This document shows positions 1 to 8,823 of a stretch of 62,277 nt of DNA, one piece after another. The position numbers and the translations under genes are program-made. The stretch is from Bdellovibrionota bacterium (GTDB lineage: Bacteria > Bdellovibrionota_C > UBA2361 > JBGSMV01), in assembly GCA_044356455.1 (NCBI GenBank), contig JBIKWF010000012.1:1-62277 (forward strand), written 5' to 3'. Positions within the stretch are counted from its first letter, which is position 1. The number at the start of each line of letters is the position of its first letter. The notes beneath the pieces were generated by a model that saw only the letters and a list, made by a program, of their open reading frames with translations, was not told where the DNA came from and made no database searches.

Positions 1-110
1 TAATGAAGGTGCTTGTTGAGTCTGAAAAGCGTAACAAGTTCCCTGAAGTCGTGGCGGTCGAGCTTGCGAAGGAACGTGTGCAAGCTACGCGGGAGAAGCA
101 GGCTCGTTAA
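1..110 (+). CDS. 3' end of a gene running in from the left edge, possibly a Glu/Leu/Phe/Val dehydrogenase
   Basis: Frame ...MKVLVESEKRNKFPEVVAVELAKERVQATREKQAR* ends TAA at 108-110. The 'VAVELAKERV' helix resembles leucine dehydrogenase C-termini. Only ~35 aa are visible. Confidence 0.35.
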   Translation, partial: MKVLVESEKRNKFPEVVAVELAKERVQATREKQAR

Positions 111-134
111 TCCAGGCTTGTGTTCCTCTCTTTT

Positions 135-250
135 GGGCAACCTCTAAAAACGCACCTCTGTGTACCGGCGGCAGTGGCTCCGTGGAGCACCCTCGCATTG
201 CAACACTCCGCCGTGGCGAACGGAGTGGGGCGAGGTTGGAATCTCACGGC
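135..250. repeat. Degenerate remnants of repeat family A (135-166) and family B (~205-250)
   Basis: GGCAACCTCTAAAAACGCACCTCTGTGTACC matches the left end of the A copy at 7919. CGTGGCGAACGGAGTGGGGCGAGGTTGGAATCTCACGG matches the B copy at 33073-33142. Confidence 0.6.
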
Positions 251-402
251 CTCAGACGCCTAATGGATGACCGTTTTCTGCATGGCGCGCACAACATATT
301 GAAACCATTAGGCTTGCATCGCGCTCAGGCTCTAATTGTCAAAATAGGTGGCTTTTTAAGCATAGTTTGTGTCATTATAGCCATCTAGATTGGTTGTTAA
401 AG

Positions 403-431
403 CTGCAATACAGCCAGCTTTCATCTATAAA
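403..431 (+). promoter_or_regulatory. Putative sigma70 promoter giving a leaderless transcript
   Basis: CTGCAA(403-408)-17 nt-TATAAA(426-431), ATG 7 nt downstream at 439, no clear Shine-Dalgarno. Confidence 0.4.
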
Positions 432-438
432 GGCCGCG

Positions 439-1848
439 ATGCTGTTACGGGAAACAACCCAACATCTGCAGGGCTGGTATCAAGCTAAGCCTCGTAAGCC
501 ACTGTTCCTGAGGGGGGCGCGTCAGGTTGGCAAGTCAACGGCCGTGCGCAATTTTGCGGATAGTCAGGGCCTCTCGCTTATGGAGGTAAACCTTGAGCTT
601 GCATCGTCTTTGCGCCCGGCATTCTTGTCGCTAGATCCGGAGAGGATTCTTCAGGAGATTCGGTTCTTCCTTAAGAGAGGAGGCGAGGCGGGGCATGGGA
701 ACAGCGTGCTTTTCCTGGATGAAATTCAGGCCATTCCGTCCGCCATTCAGTCGCTGCGTTACTTCTATGAAAAGTTGCCGAACCTCGCAGTGATTGCTGC
801 GGGCTCCCTAGTTGAGTTCGCGCTTGAGGAGGCGCAGCTCTCAATGCCCGTTGGCCGAGTGGAGTATCTTTATCTTCAGCAACTTTCGTTCAGAGAGTTT
901 GTGGTAGCGATGAATGATCTAGACCTCGTCGCGCTGATGGATAGCTATTCCGTAGGCGATTTGCTCCCGGCTACCGCACATAACAGGTTATGCGCGCTGC
1001 TACGCTCATTCTTGCTTGTCGGCGGAATGCCAGAAGCCGTTGATTCTTTTGTGCGCACCAAGGATCTTCAGGCAACTCGCAAGGTGCAGAGTAATCTCAT
1101 CAATACGTATCGCGAGGATTTTAACAAGTATTGTAAACGGCAAGATCTGGTAGAGCTCCAGAGCATTTTCGACCGTTTACCCGCTGTGGTAGGGGATAAA
1201 GTTAAATTTTCAAAATTACTGCCTGAGGCACGTGCGGCCAAGACGAAATATTTGTTGGACCTGCTGTTCAAATCGCAAATCGCCCTGAAGGTGTCGCATG
1301 CCTCGGGTAACGGTGTGCCGTTTGAGGAAGATCCGGCGGTTTTTAAGTCCTACCTTCTTGATTGCGGATTGTTGGGTAATCTCAACGATATACCAGAGCT
1401 GCCCACCGAAAGGATGCTTGAGCTGATATTCACGAATGAGGGGCGTCTTGCAGAGCAGTTTGTTGCGCAGCATCTGACGGGATTGCGTTCCTCAGAGCAA
1501 CGCCCCGCGCTCCATTACTGGCTTCGTGAAGGGAAAAAAAGCAATGCAGAGGTAGATTTCTTGATGAGTGTCGATGGCCGAGTGGTGCCAATCGAGGTTA
1601 AAGCAGGCGAGGCTGGCAGGATGAAGTCGCTTTTGCAGTTTGTTCAGGAGAAGCAGTCCAGAGTTGCAGTACGGTTTGATTTAAATCCACCGAGTTTGCA
1701 GCAGGTGGAGTTTCGGCCGTCGCCCGCAGGTGACCTAACGGAACGAAAGGTCCAGTTTTCACTGCTTTCGTTGCCACTCTACCTTGTGCAGCAGAGTCAG
1801 CGCTTGGTCCGAGAGGTTGTAGCGAATCAGAGGTTACTTAGGGAATAA
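439..1848 (+). CDS. AAA_14 ATPase with C-terminal DUF4143 / PD-(D/E)xK-like domain
   Basis: Walker A GARQVGKS, Walker B LFLDEIQ, AAGS, PVGRV, GGMPEAV, YLLDCGL, C-terminal AEVDF...PIEVK. ATG 439 preferred over the ORF-track start at 367. Confidence 0.9.
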   Translation: MLLRETTQHLQGWYQAKPRKPLFLRGARQVGKSTAVRNFADSQGLSLMEVNLELASSLRPAFLSLDPERILQEIRFFLKRGGEAGHGNSVLFLDEIQAIPSAIQSLRYFYEKLPNLAVIAAGSLVEFALEEAQLSMPVGRVEYLYLQQLSFREFVVAMNDLDLVALMDSYSVGDLLPATAHNRLCALLRSFLLVGGMPEAVDSFVRTKDLQATRKVQSNLINTYREDFNKYCKRQDLVELQSIFDRLPAVVGDKVKFSKLLPEARAAKTKYLLDLLFKSQIALKVSHASGNGVPFEEDPAVFKSYLLDCGLLGNLNDIPELPTERMLELIFTNEGRLAEQFVAQHLTGLRSSEQRPALHYWLREGKKSNAEVDFLMSVDGRVVPIEVKAGEAGRMKSLLQFVQEKQSRVAVRFDLNPPSLQQVEFRPSPAGDLTERKVQFSLLSLPLYLVQQSQRLVREVVANQRLLRE

Positions 1849-1963
1849 CTCGATGGAAGTAACGGATCGCACTCCAATCCTTCCCAAGAAGCCTTAGGGG
1901 CTCTAGACTGTTGAGGAACTTCCGCTACCGATTAACCGACCGCACTTTCAGGAGCAGCTCAGC

Positions 1964-4015
1964 GTGTCGTCTTCGTCCTCACCAGAACCGCGCTCAGAAC
2001 GTCGGCCGCTTTGCCAGCCGCGTGAGGCTCCCTTTGTGCTGCGCTCCGAGTTCTCCCCTAGAGGAGACCAGCCTGGCGCCATTGCCACGTTAACCAAGAA
2101 CATCAAAGACGGGGTGCGGTATCAAACGCTGCTTGGAGTCACAGGCTCAGGAAAGACGTTCACTATGGCGAACGTCATTCAGCAGCTACAGCGTCCCGTG
2201 CTTGTTATTGCTCCTAACAAAACGTTAGCGGCTCAGCTCTATTCAGAATTTAGGGAGTTCTTTCCCGAAAATCGCGTGCGTTATTTTGTAAGTTACTACG
2301 ACTATTATCAGCCAGAGGCTTACGTCCCCTCAACGAATACCTTCATTGAAAAAGACGCGGCGATAAATGAAGAAATAGACAAGATGCGCCACTCCGCGAC
2401 CAAGGCGCTCTTAGAGTCGCGAGATTCAATTATTGTGGCGAGCGTGAGCTGCATATACGGGCTCGGAGCGCCTGAAGATTATTTCAATATGATGCTCTTT
2501 GCCGAAGTAGGGCAAGTCTTTGCGCGCGAGGAGATAATTCAGAAACTTGTGGCGATGCAGTATCGTCGCTCAGACGCTGAGTTCTCTCGCGGGAATTTTA
2601 GGGTACGAGGGGACGTGATTGATATTTTCCCTTCGGACGATGATGAACATGCCGTGCGGCTTAGTCTCTTCGGCGATGAAATCGAGGAAATTCGGGAAAT
2701 CGATGGGCTTACCGGCCAGACGGTTCGTAAAGTTCCTTCCTGCGCGGTTTATCCCGTGAGCCATTTCGTGACGGCGCGCGAGTCGGTAAAGAAAGCGATC
2801 AAAAGTATTGGTGAGGAGCTAGAGGACCGTCTCAAGGAACTAGAGTGCGATGGAAAAATGCTTGAGGCCCAGCGTCTTGAGCAGCGCACGCGTTATGATC
2901 TTGAGCTTTTAAGCGAGATTGGATTTTGCCCGGGCATCGAGAACTACTCTCGCCATATGGCAGGCCGAAAAGCCGGGGAATCCCCCACGACCTTACTGGA
3001 TTATTTTCCTAAGGATCTGCTTCTTGTTGTCGACGAAAGCCATGTCACGGTTTCTCAGATTGGGGCGATGTATCGGGGGGATAGGTCCCGCAAGACGACC
3101 CTCGTCGATTACGGTTTTCGTCTTCCCTCGGCACTTGATAACCGGCCACTGAATGGAGATGAATTTTGGGGCCGAGTGGGGCAGACCGTGTTTGTGTCAG
3201 CAACTCCGGCCGCCTTCGAAATCGAAGCGAGCAAAGGGCATATCGTTCAGCAAGTGAATCGGCCTACCGGACTTCTTGATCCTCCCGTAACGGTAAAGCC
3301 AGCAACCCATCAAGTTGATGACTTACTTGAAGAAGTGAAGCGCACCATTGCGGACGGCGACCGGGTGCTCGTCACCACACTCACCAAAAAAATGGCTGAA
3401 AATCTTTCCGGCTACTTTAGGGAGATTGGGGTCAAGAGCCGTTATCTACACTCAGACATTAATGCCCTAGAGCGGGTTGAGATTCTGCGCGGACTAAGAA
3501 AAGGTGACTTTGATGTACTGATTGGCATTAACTTGCTGCGGGAAGGTCTCGACCTTGTTGAGGTGGCATTGGTCGCAATCCTTGATGCCGATAAAGAAGG
3601 CTTTCTCCGATCAACTCGTTCTTTGATTCAAACTATGGGACGTGCAGCGCGTAATTTGAGGGGGCGCGTGATCCTATACGCCGACAAGATGACCGATTCT
3701 ATGAAGGGCGCGATTGAGGAGACAGAGAGGCGCCGGACCATTCAGGCGTCTTTTAACAAAAATCACGGCATTGTCCCCACCTCTGCGCGTTCGGCTCCCA
3801 TTCTTCTCTTGCCAGAAACCGAGACGGAGGCCACGAGTTCTCTGTCGGTGCTTGGCGCTTCGATTGAGATTCCGACAGAGCCCGCGGCCCAAAAAGTGCT
3901 TCTTGAGGACTTAAAGAAGCAGATGTTTGCGGCGGCAGAAAAGCGTGAATTCGAGAGGGCCGCAGAGTTACGCGATGCCATTAAGGGCATTCAAGAGCGC
4001 TTATTGGTGGCGTAG
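1964..4015 (+). CDS. uvrB: Excinuclease ABC subunit B
   Basis: [18 protein letters not shown] beta-hairpin, [23 protein letters not shown]-terminal UVR domain FERAAELRD. Confidence 0.98.
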   Translation: MSSSSSPEPRSERRPLCQPREAPFVLRSEFSPRGDQPGAIATLTKNIKDGVRYQTLLGVTGSGKTFTMANVIQQLQRPVLVIAPNKTLAAQLYSEFREFFPENRVRYFVSYYDYYQPEAYVPSTNTFIEKDAAINEEIDKMRHSATKALLESRDSIIVASVSCIYGLGAPEDYFNMMLFAEVGQVFAREEIIQKLVAMQYRRSDAEFSRGNFRVRGDVIDIFPSDDDEHAVRLSLFGDEIEEIREIDGLTGQTVRKVPSCAVYPVSHFVTARESVKKAIKSIGEELEDRLKELECDGKMLEAQRLEQRTRYDLELLSEIGFCPGIENYSRHMAGRKAGESPTTLLDYFPKDLLLVVDESHVTVSQIGAMYRGDRSRKTTLVDYGFRLPSALDNRPLNGDEFWGRVGQTVFVSATPAAFEIEASKGHIVQQVNRPTGLLDPPVTVKPATHQVDDLLEEVKRTIADGDRVLVTTLTKKMAENLSGYFREIGVKSRYLHSDINALERVEILRGLRKGDFDVLIGINLLREGLDLVEVALVAILDADKEGFLRSTRSLIQTMGRAARNLRGRVILYADKMTDSMKGAIEETERRRTIQASFNKNHGIVPTSARSAPILLLPETETEATSSLSVLGASIEIPTEPAAQKVLLEDLKKQMFAAAEKREFERAAELRDAIKGIQERLLVA

Positions 4016-4017
4016 TC

Positions 4018-5952
4018 ATGAGCATTGAAGATACTCCGTCACCGCAAACTCTCATTCTGGACCCTAGTTCCATTGTTTCGGCTACCTTCATCGAGCGCGT
4101 CAAGCTCATCCCGAGGCTTCCAGGAGTCTACCTGATGAAGGATGAGGCAGGGGTGGTTATCTACGTCGGAAAAGCCAAAGAACTTAGGGCACGGGTCCGA
4201 ACGTATTTTACGGGCGGAGATGGGAGGGCGCAAATTGAGTACCTCATCCGGAAAGTTCGCACGATCGAGACCATTTGCACGGAGACCGAGAACCAAGCCT
4301 TTGTGCTGGAGCGAGACCTCATAACAAAATTTAAGCCGCGTTATAATATTCGGCTCAAGGACGATAAGTCATATTTGAGTATTCGCATTGATACCAACGC
4401 AGAATGGCCCAAGCTTGAACTTGTAAGGCGCGTGGAAGATGACGGAGCGCGCTACTTTGGTCCCTATAGTTTTAGTTACGAGCTCCGAAACCTGCTTGAA
4501 ATTGTAAAGCGCGTGGTGCCCCTTAGGACGTGCAACAATACCGTTTTCTATAACCGCCAGAGACCCTGCCTCGAATATCAAATAAAGCGCTGCGCAGGAC
4601 CCTGTGTCTTGCCGGTGGACCGAGACCAGTATGGGCAGTGGGTAAAGCAAGCCATGGCCATCCTTGAGGGTAAGACAGAGTGGCTGGTCAAAGATATTAC
4701 GCGGCAGATGGAGCGGGCAGCGGAGGATTTGCGTTTTGAGGAAGCCGCTCTTTTCCGCGATCGCCTCGCCACTCTTGAGAGCGTTCGAGATGCTCAGGCT
4801 GTGGGCTCGCATCATGGGGAAGATCGGGACGTATTTGCACTCTACCGAGAGGAGCGTCTTGCGGTCCTCACCGTGGTTAGAATTCGGCGAGGGCGGATTG
4901 CGGAGACGACTAATTTTACTTTTTCGGATATTGCCATCGAAGATGATGCGCTACTTGAGTCGGCGCTTGAGCAGTTTTATCGCTCAGGACGAGAGATTCC
5001 GGAAGAGGTGGTGCTTCCTCTTGAGCTGCCTAACGCCGCGATGCTTGAAGAAATTCTTTCAGAGCGCCGCGGCCGAGTGGTTCACTTCGAAGTTCCGCAG
5101 CGTGGTATTCGTTTTAGAATGTTAAGCCTTGCCCAGCTTAATGCGCGGCAGCACTACGTGGCGTCGTTCGATGCGGACTCACGAAACGTAGAGCTAGCAA
5201 AAGAGCTCGCGAAGGTGCTGAGTCTTAAGCAAGTTCCAAGACGCATCGAGTGCGTCGACATATCAAATTTCCAAGGGTCAGATATCGTAGGAGCAGTCGT
5301 AGTTTTCTTCGATGGTGTGCCCGATAAGAAATCCTATCGGCGCTATAAGCTCTCTTTCCAATCCAAGCCCGACGACTTTGCGGCAATCTATGAAGTGGTC
5401 CGAAGGCGCCTCGAGCGCGGTCTTGCTGAGGGAGATTTGCCTGATTTGCTTATCATTGACGGCGGCGCAGCTCAGCTAGCGAAAGCGCTTCAGGCGCGAG
5501 ACGAGCTTAAGCTTAGTCTAGAGATAGTCTCACTTGCGAAGATGCGCGCCGAACGTGAAGCACGCTCGGCCTTCAAGGGGACTTCTATTTCTGCCAAGAA
5601 GAAGCCAGAACGGATTTTTCTCGAGGGCAAAGAAGAACCTCTTGTCATGGACGAGTCAAAGCCCGTCACGCATTTTGTGCAGCGCATGCGTGATGAGGTC
5701 CATCGCTATGTCATCACTTTCCATCGCCAGACGAGAGCACGCAGAGTGCTACTTTCAATTTTGGATGGAATTCCAGGAGTGGGACCTGAGCGCAAGCGAC
5801 GGCTGCTTAAGCGCTATGGCTCGGTGCAGAAATTGAAGGGACTTTCAGCTGAAGAGCTGAGCATGGCGGGGAAGATGCCTTTGCCGGTTGCAGAGAGAGT
5901 GCTTGAAACTCTTAATGAGAAGCGCCGCGAGGAATCAGAAGACACGGTGTGA
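4018..5952 (+). CDS. uvrC: Excinuclease ABC subunit C
   Basis: GIY-YIG (PGVYLM..IYVGKAK), Cys cluster, UVR domain, RIECVDISN, IDGG, RDEVHR, HhH (IPGVG). Confidence 0.97.
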   Translation: MSIEDTPSPQTLILDPSSIVSATFIERVKLIPRLPGVYLMKDEAGVVIYVGKAKELRARVRTYFTGGDGRAQIEYLIRKVRTIETICTETENQAFVLERDLITKFKPRYNIRLKDDKSYLSIRIDTNAEWPKLELVRRVEDDGARYFGPYSFSYELRNLLEIVKRVVPLRTCNNTVFYNRQRPCLEYQIKRCAGPCVLPVDRDQYGQWVKQAMAILEGKTEWLVKDITRQMERAAEDLRFEEAALFRDRLATLESVRDAQAVGSHHGEDRDVFALYREERLAVLTVVRIRRGRIAETTNFTFSDIAIEDDALLESALEQFYRSGREIPEEVVLPLELPNAAMLEEILSERRGRVVHFEVPQRGIRFRMLSLAQLNARQHYVASFDADSRNVELAKELAKVLSLKQVPRRIECVDISNFQGSDIVGAVVVFFDGVPDKKSYRRYKLSFQSKPDDFAAIYEVVRRRLERGLAEGDLPDLLIIDGGAAQLAKALQARDELKLSLEIVSLAKMRAEREARSAFKGTSISAKKKPERIFLEGKEEPLVMDESKPVTHFVQRMRDEVHRYVITFHRQTRARRVLLSILDGIPGVGPERKRRLLKRYGSVQKLKGLSAEELSMAGKMPLPVAERVLETLNEKRREESEDTV

Positions 5953-6007
5953 AGGCATCCTAGACAACGCTATCACAGACACGGATAGCCGAGCGGATCC
6001 GCGATAT

Positions 6008-6060
6008 AGTTAATATTGATAATTGCATATTAAGCGCATAAGTTAATATTAAGTATTGCA
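6008..6060 (+). promoter_or_regulatory. Two 20-bp direct repeats upstream of the second ATPase (candidate operator)
   Basis: AGTTAATATTGATAATTGCA (6008-6027) and AGTTAATATTAAGTATTGCA (6041-6060), 33-bp period, very AT-rich. Confidence 0.5.
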
Positions 6061-6092
6061 CCCTGTCTGCTACAAATGGCATCATAATTCGC

Positions 6093-7484
6093 ATGTGGCT
6101 AAACAGAAGTAAGCAAAAACAGGCACTTAAGGCAAAGATCCTTAACTTGTCTCGGCAGGTGCTTATGGTTCAAGGTGCCCGGCAGGTTGGGAAGACTTCT
6201 TTAATTCGGGAAGTTCTCGGCGAGCTCAAGGACCACCCGGTGATTGAGGTTAATCTTCTCTACTCAACGTCGTTTACAGCGTCGGGTAAGACGCTTTTTG
6301 GCCGTGACTTTTTTGGAGCTGCTCCCCAGGGAGAAGAGCTGATTGCTAATATAGAGCGGCAGGTTGGGTCGCTCGCGAAACGCGACCGGCAGGTGCTGTT
6401 GTTCGTTGATGAGGTAGATAGGCATCCGCGAGTGATGGAGGCCGTACAGACGCTGGCACAGTTTTCTGACGGACTTAAATGCATTTTCACGGGGTCCGCC
6501 CTTGAGAATCTCAGCACTGAAAATGCAGCCACTGGAAGAAAGGCCTACTTTGACCTGTATCCACTTTCGTTTCTTGAGTATGTCAGTGCAAAAAACGATC
6601 GAGCCCTAGAAGGATTTTTGCAGGAAGCCGACGTGTCGATCGCGGGAGCAGATAGCTCGCTGCACCAGGCCACTGAGTTCATGCATGTGCAGGCGCTCGC
6701 CGCCTTTGAAGAGTACTTAAGATTGGGTGGTATGCCGCGCTTGGTTGCGTCCTATCTTTCGGGGGAGGGAAATGCCGAGACGTTGCGCTATGAGGTGCGG
6801 GACCTTGTACTTAGCATCGAAGAGAACGTAAAGCTGATACTCGGTGATAAGGCTAAACTTTACGAGTACGAGGATGTGCTTAGGCGCTTAGTAAAGTTGT
6901 CTTTAAATACTCTTAGGTTTACGCATCTGCAGGTTAGTCACGCGGGGAGATCTGATGCGAAGCGGTTAGTTTCCAAAACGGTGGCGGCGCGAGTCGCGCA
7001 CAAAGTCCGGCTTTGGGGTGACGAAGGAGATCTTTCTAAGTATCTTTTGTTTGATTGTGGTGTCGCCAACTACCTGCTCGCGGGTAGCGACCTTATGAAC
7101 GCTAAGATTCAGGAGGGCGATCGTGCAATTCTCTTGGAAACTGTAGTGGGGAACTCTCTGGTGAACCAGCTGGGAGTTCGCGAGGATTTATTGTATTGGA
7201 AGTCTGGCAATAAGGCAGAAATTGAGTTCGCCTTCCGCGCGCCCTTTTTTGGTGGGGTCGATGTAAAGTCCAGCAGCACTACCTCTCGCTCTTTGCAAAG
7301 CATGGCATTGTCCGAGCCTGATCTGGATCTGGCGATAGTGGTGACGAAGGGCAAGTTGGCATTTCATGCAGACTTTGAAGCGCGCCTGCCAAGCGCGCGG
7401 GAAGTGAGAAAGATTAAGTTGCTAAAATTGCCCTATTACCTCGTAGACCGGTGCTTGGATCTTGGCCAGCGGGCGCTAGGCTAG
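6093..7484 (+). CDS. Second, divergent AAA_14/DUF4143 ATPase
   Basis: GARQVGKT, LFVDEV, FTGS, TGRK, LYPLSFLEY, GGMPR, YLLFDCG, YWKS..AEIEF..VDVK. Confidence 0.85.
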   Translation: MWLNRSKQKQALKAKILNLSRQVLMVQGARQVGKTSLIREVLGELKDHPVIEVNLLYSTSFTASGKTLFGRDFFGAAPQGEELIANIERQVGSLAKRDRQVLLFVDEVDRHPRVMEAVQTLAQFSDGLKCIFTGSALENLSTENAATGRKAYFDLYPLSFLEYVSAKNDRALEGFLQEADVSIAGADSSLHQATEFMHVQALAAFEEYLRLGGMPRLVASYLSGEGNAETLRYEVRDLVLSIEENVKLILGDKAKLYEYEDVLRRLVKLSLNTLRFTHLQVSHAGRSDAKRLVSKTVAARVAHKVRLWGDEGDLSKYLLFDCGVANYLLAGSDLMNAKIQEGDRAILLETVVGNSLVNQLGVREDLLYWKSGNKAEIEFAFRAPFFGGVDVKSSSTTSRSLQSMALSEPDLDLAIVVTKGKLAFHADFEARLPSAREVRKIKLLKLPYYLVDRCLDLGQRALG

Positions 7485-7708
7485 CCTTTATATCTCACGG
7501 GATCCCTCCGGGTCCATGAGATTACCGTTGGAAATCGGCCATCCGGGCCAATTTCCAACATCGCCCCCTCTCCGTTCGCCACGACAGAGTGTCGAACTGC
7601 GAGGGGGCTCCAAATCGCTCCCGATGGTAGCGATTTGCTAACGCCATCCGGGCGTTAGTTAGCCGGCACTGCTCACAGCCCGTCGGGGCTGTGAGCAGTG
7701 CCGGCTAG
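7481..7708 (+). repeat. Family B multi-hairpin element, copy 1
   Basis: CTAG-CC...GG-CTAG. Consecutive hairpins TCTCACGG/CCATGAGA, GTTGGAAATCGGCC/GGCCAATTTCCAAC, CAAATCGC/GCGATTTG, CTAACGCC/GGCGTTAG, TAGCCGGCACTGCTCACAGCC/GGCTGTGAGCAGTGCCGGCTA. Confidence 0.9.
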
Positions 7709-7821
7709 GAGTGTGTCCCTTAGAAACATAAATCTTCAATTTGGACACAATCCGTAGGTAGGCTGTCCCGTTGCCACCACCGCATGTAGTGGTGAAAACT
7801 TTCCGCGGGACAGACTCCTAG
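7705..7821. mobile_element. Family C MITE-like element, copy 1
   Basis: CTAG-GAGTGTGTCCC...GGGACAGACTC-CTAG terminal inverted repeats. Shares its left CTAG with the B element. Confidence 0.8.
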
Positions 7822-7918
7822 GTTACACTCTTGCTGCAAACCTTCTTTCGTCAGGTGTGTTTACGAGTCAGATATTCTGAGCAGTAGGTCCCCTCGATCG
7901 AGCTCAAGATGGCCATAA

Positions 7919-8056
7919 CTAGGGAATCTTTGAAAAACTCACCTCTGTGTACCTCTGAGTCCTCTGTGGTGAAATTTTCATGAAGAAATTCACCGCAGTG
8001 GACACGGAGGTACACAGAGGTGTCTGAAGAATGAAGGTTTTTCAGGGGTTCCCTAG
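7919..8056. mobile_element. Family A MITE-like element (core variant A2)
   Basis: CTAG-GGAATCTTTGAAAAA...TTTTTCAGGGGTTCC-CTAG with internal long hairpin CTCTGTGGTGAAATTTTCATGAAGAAATTCACCGCAG. Confidence 0.9.
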
Positions 8057-8135
8057 CTGTAACAAGCGGTACTTCGTATGCCTGAGTGATAAGCCACAGT
8101 TGAATAAATGTGGCCATAACAGTAAGGAAATCCTT

Positions 8136-8705
8136 ATGGATGCAGAATTTATCTCTCAGCGACAGACCGGGCCCGGGCCGAGTTGGGCCATGTGGCATTC
8201 GGTTCGAGATCCGCAAAATAGCCGCGCTGCCGCAGCCATTGCGGAGCATACACGCGTCATGCAGGCTCTTTCCAACACAAATCCAACTGTCATGAGTGCA
8301 TGTAAGAATATTTTCGATGCTGAAGGACCGAGAGCTTTAGCTTTTCGTGCGCAGAGGCCTGCGGACGGTTTCGTGGTACTGGCGTATTCAAATAACGTCG
8401 CTATTCTCTATAATATTGATCGAGTCCCTGGGCAGGCGGGTGGGTTAATTAGCTCCGGGAGAGCGTATGCCTCTGGACCTGGAGTCCCTGAGATGCTGAA
8501 AGTCTTCGAAGACGCGGGACGCACCGTGATTCGAATTCAGGCTGAGCGTGCGATCTTGACGGTTGCTGTCGCAGGGAGCGTAGAGTTTGATGCCAAAGCA
8601 GCGCTTTGCGAGATGAATCTACTAAACGCACTCATCTTGATTGAGTCCGGAGAGGGGAGCTTAGACGATCTTAGTCGCCCTGGTTTTAATCCGCGAAGGA
8701 ATTAA
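8136..8705 (+). CDS. Hypothetical protein (189 aa)
   Basis: AAGGA SD before ATG 8136, and open frame. No motif recognised. The upstream ORF extension starts inside the repeat. Confidence 0.6.
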   Translation: MDAEFISQRQTGPGPSWAMWHSVRDPQNSRAAAAIAEHTRVMQALSNTNPTVMSACKNIFDAEGPRALAFRAQRPADGFVVLAYSNNVAILYNIDRVPGQAGGLISSGRAYASGPGVPEMLKVFEDAGRTVIRIQAERAILTVAVAGSVEFDAKAALCEMNLLNALILIESGEGSLDDLSRPGFNPRRN

Positions 8706-8823
8706 GTTGACACCAGAAAACCTTCCAAGATGCCCCCTTGGTCCACCTTTAAATTCTCGATTCTGAATTCTTGCCTGAAGTCTCGAAGAGTCTTGAAGAG
8801 CTCGATAGTGATACATCGAGTGA

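Noticed and set aside
367..438. ORF-track N-terminal extensions (367, 8031, 25578, 27142, 42722, 51470, 54121)
   Set aside because: They run through promoters, repeats or neighbouring genes. Downstream starts have better SD or family-typical N-termini.
1849..1963. LexA/SOS box before uvrB
   Set aside because: No convincing palindrome, and the lineage's LexA motif is unknown to me.
7851..8249. Short ORFs with related translations (7851-8249, 25864-26127, 26538-26786, 26754-27002, 48373-48612, 50598-50783, 53864-54154, 58396-58581) as a peptide family
   Set aside because: They are read-throughs of family A repeats, and the similarity is explained at DNA level.
8706..8823. Cobalamin riboswitch or NrdR boxes upstream of the nrdJ-like gene
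   Set aside because: Only ~118 nt of spacer. No B12-box or tandem NrdR palindromes were recognised, and TTGACA at 8707 has no well-spaced -10.
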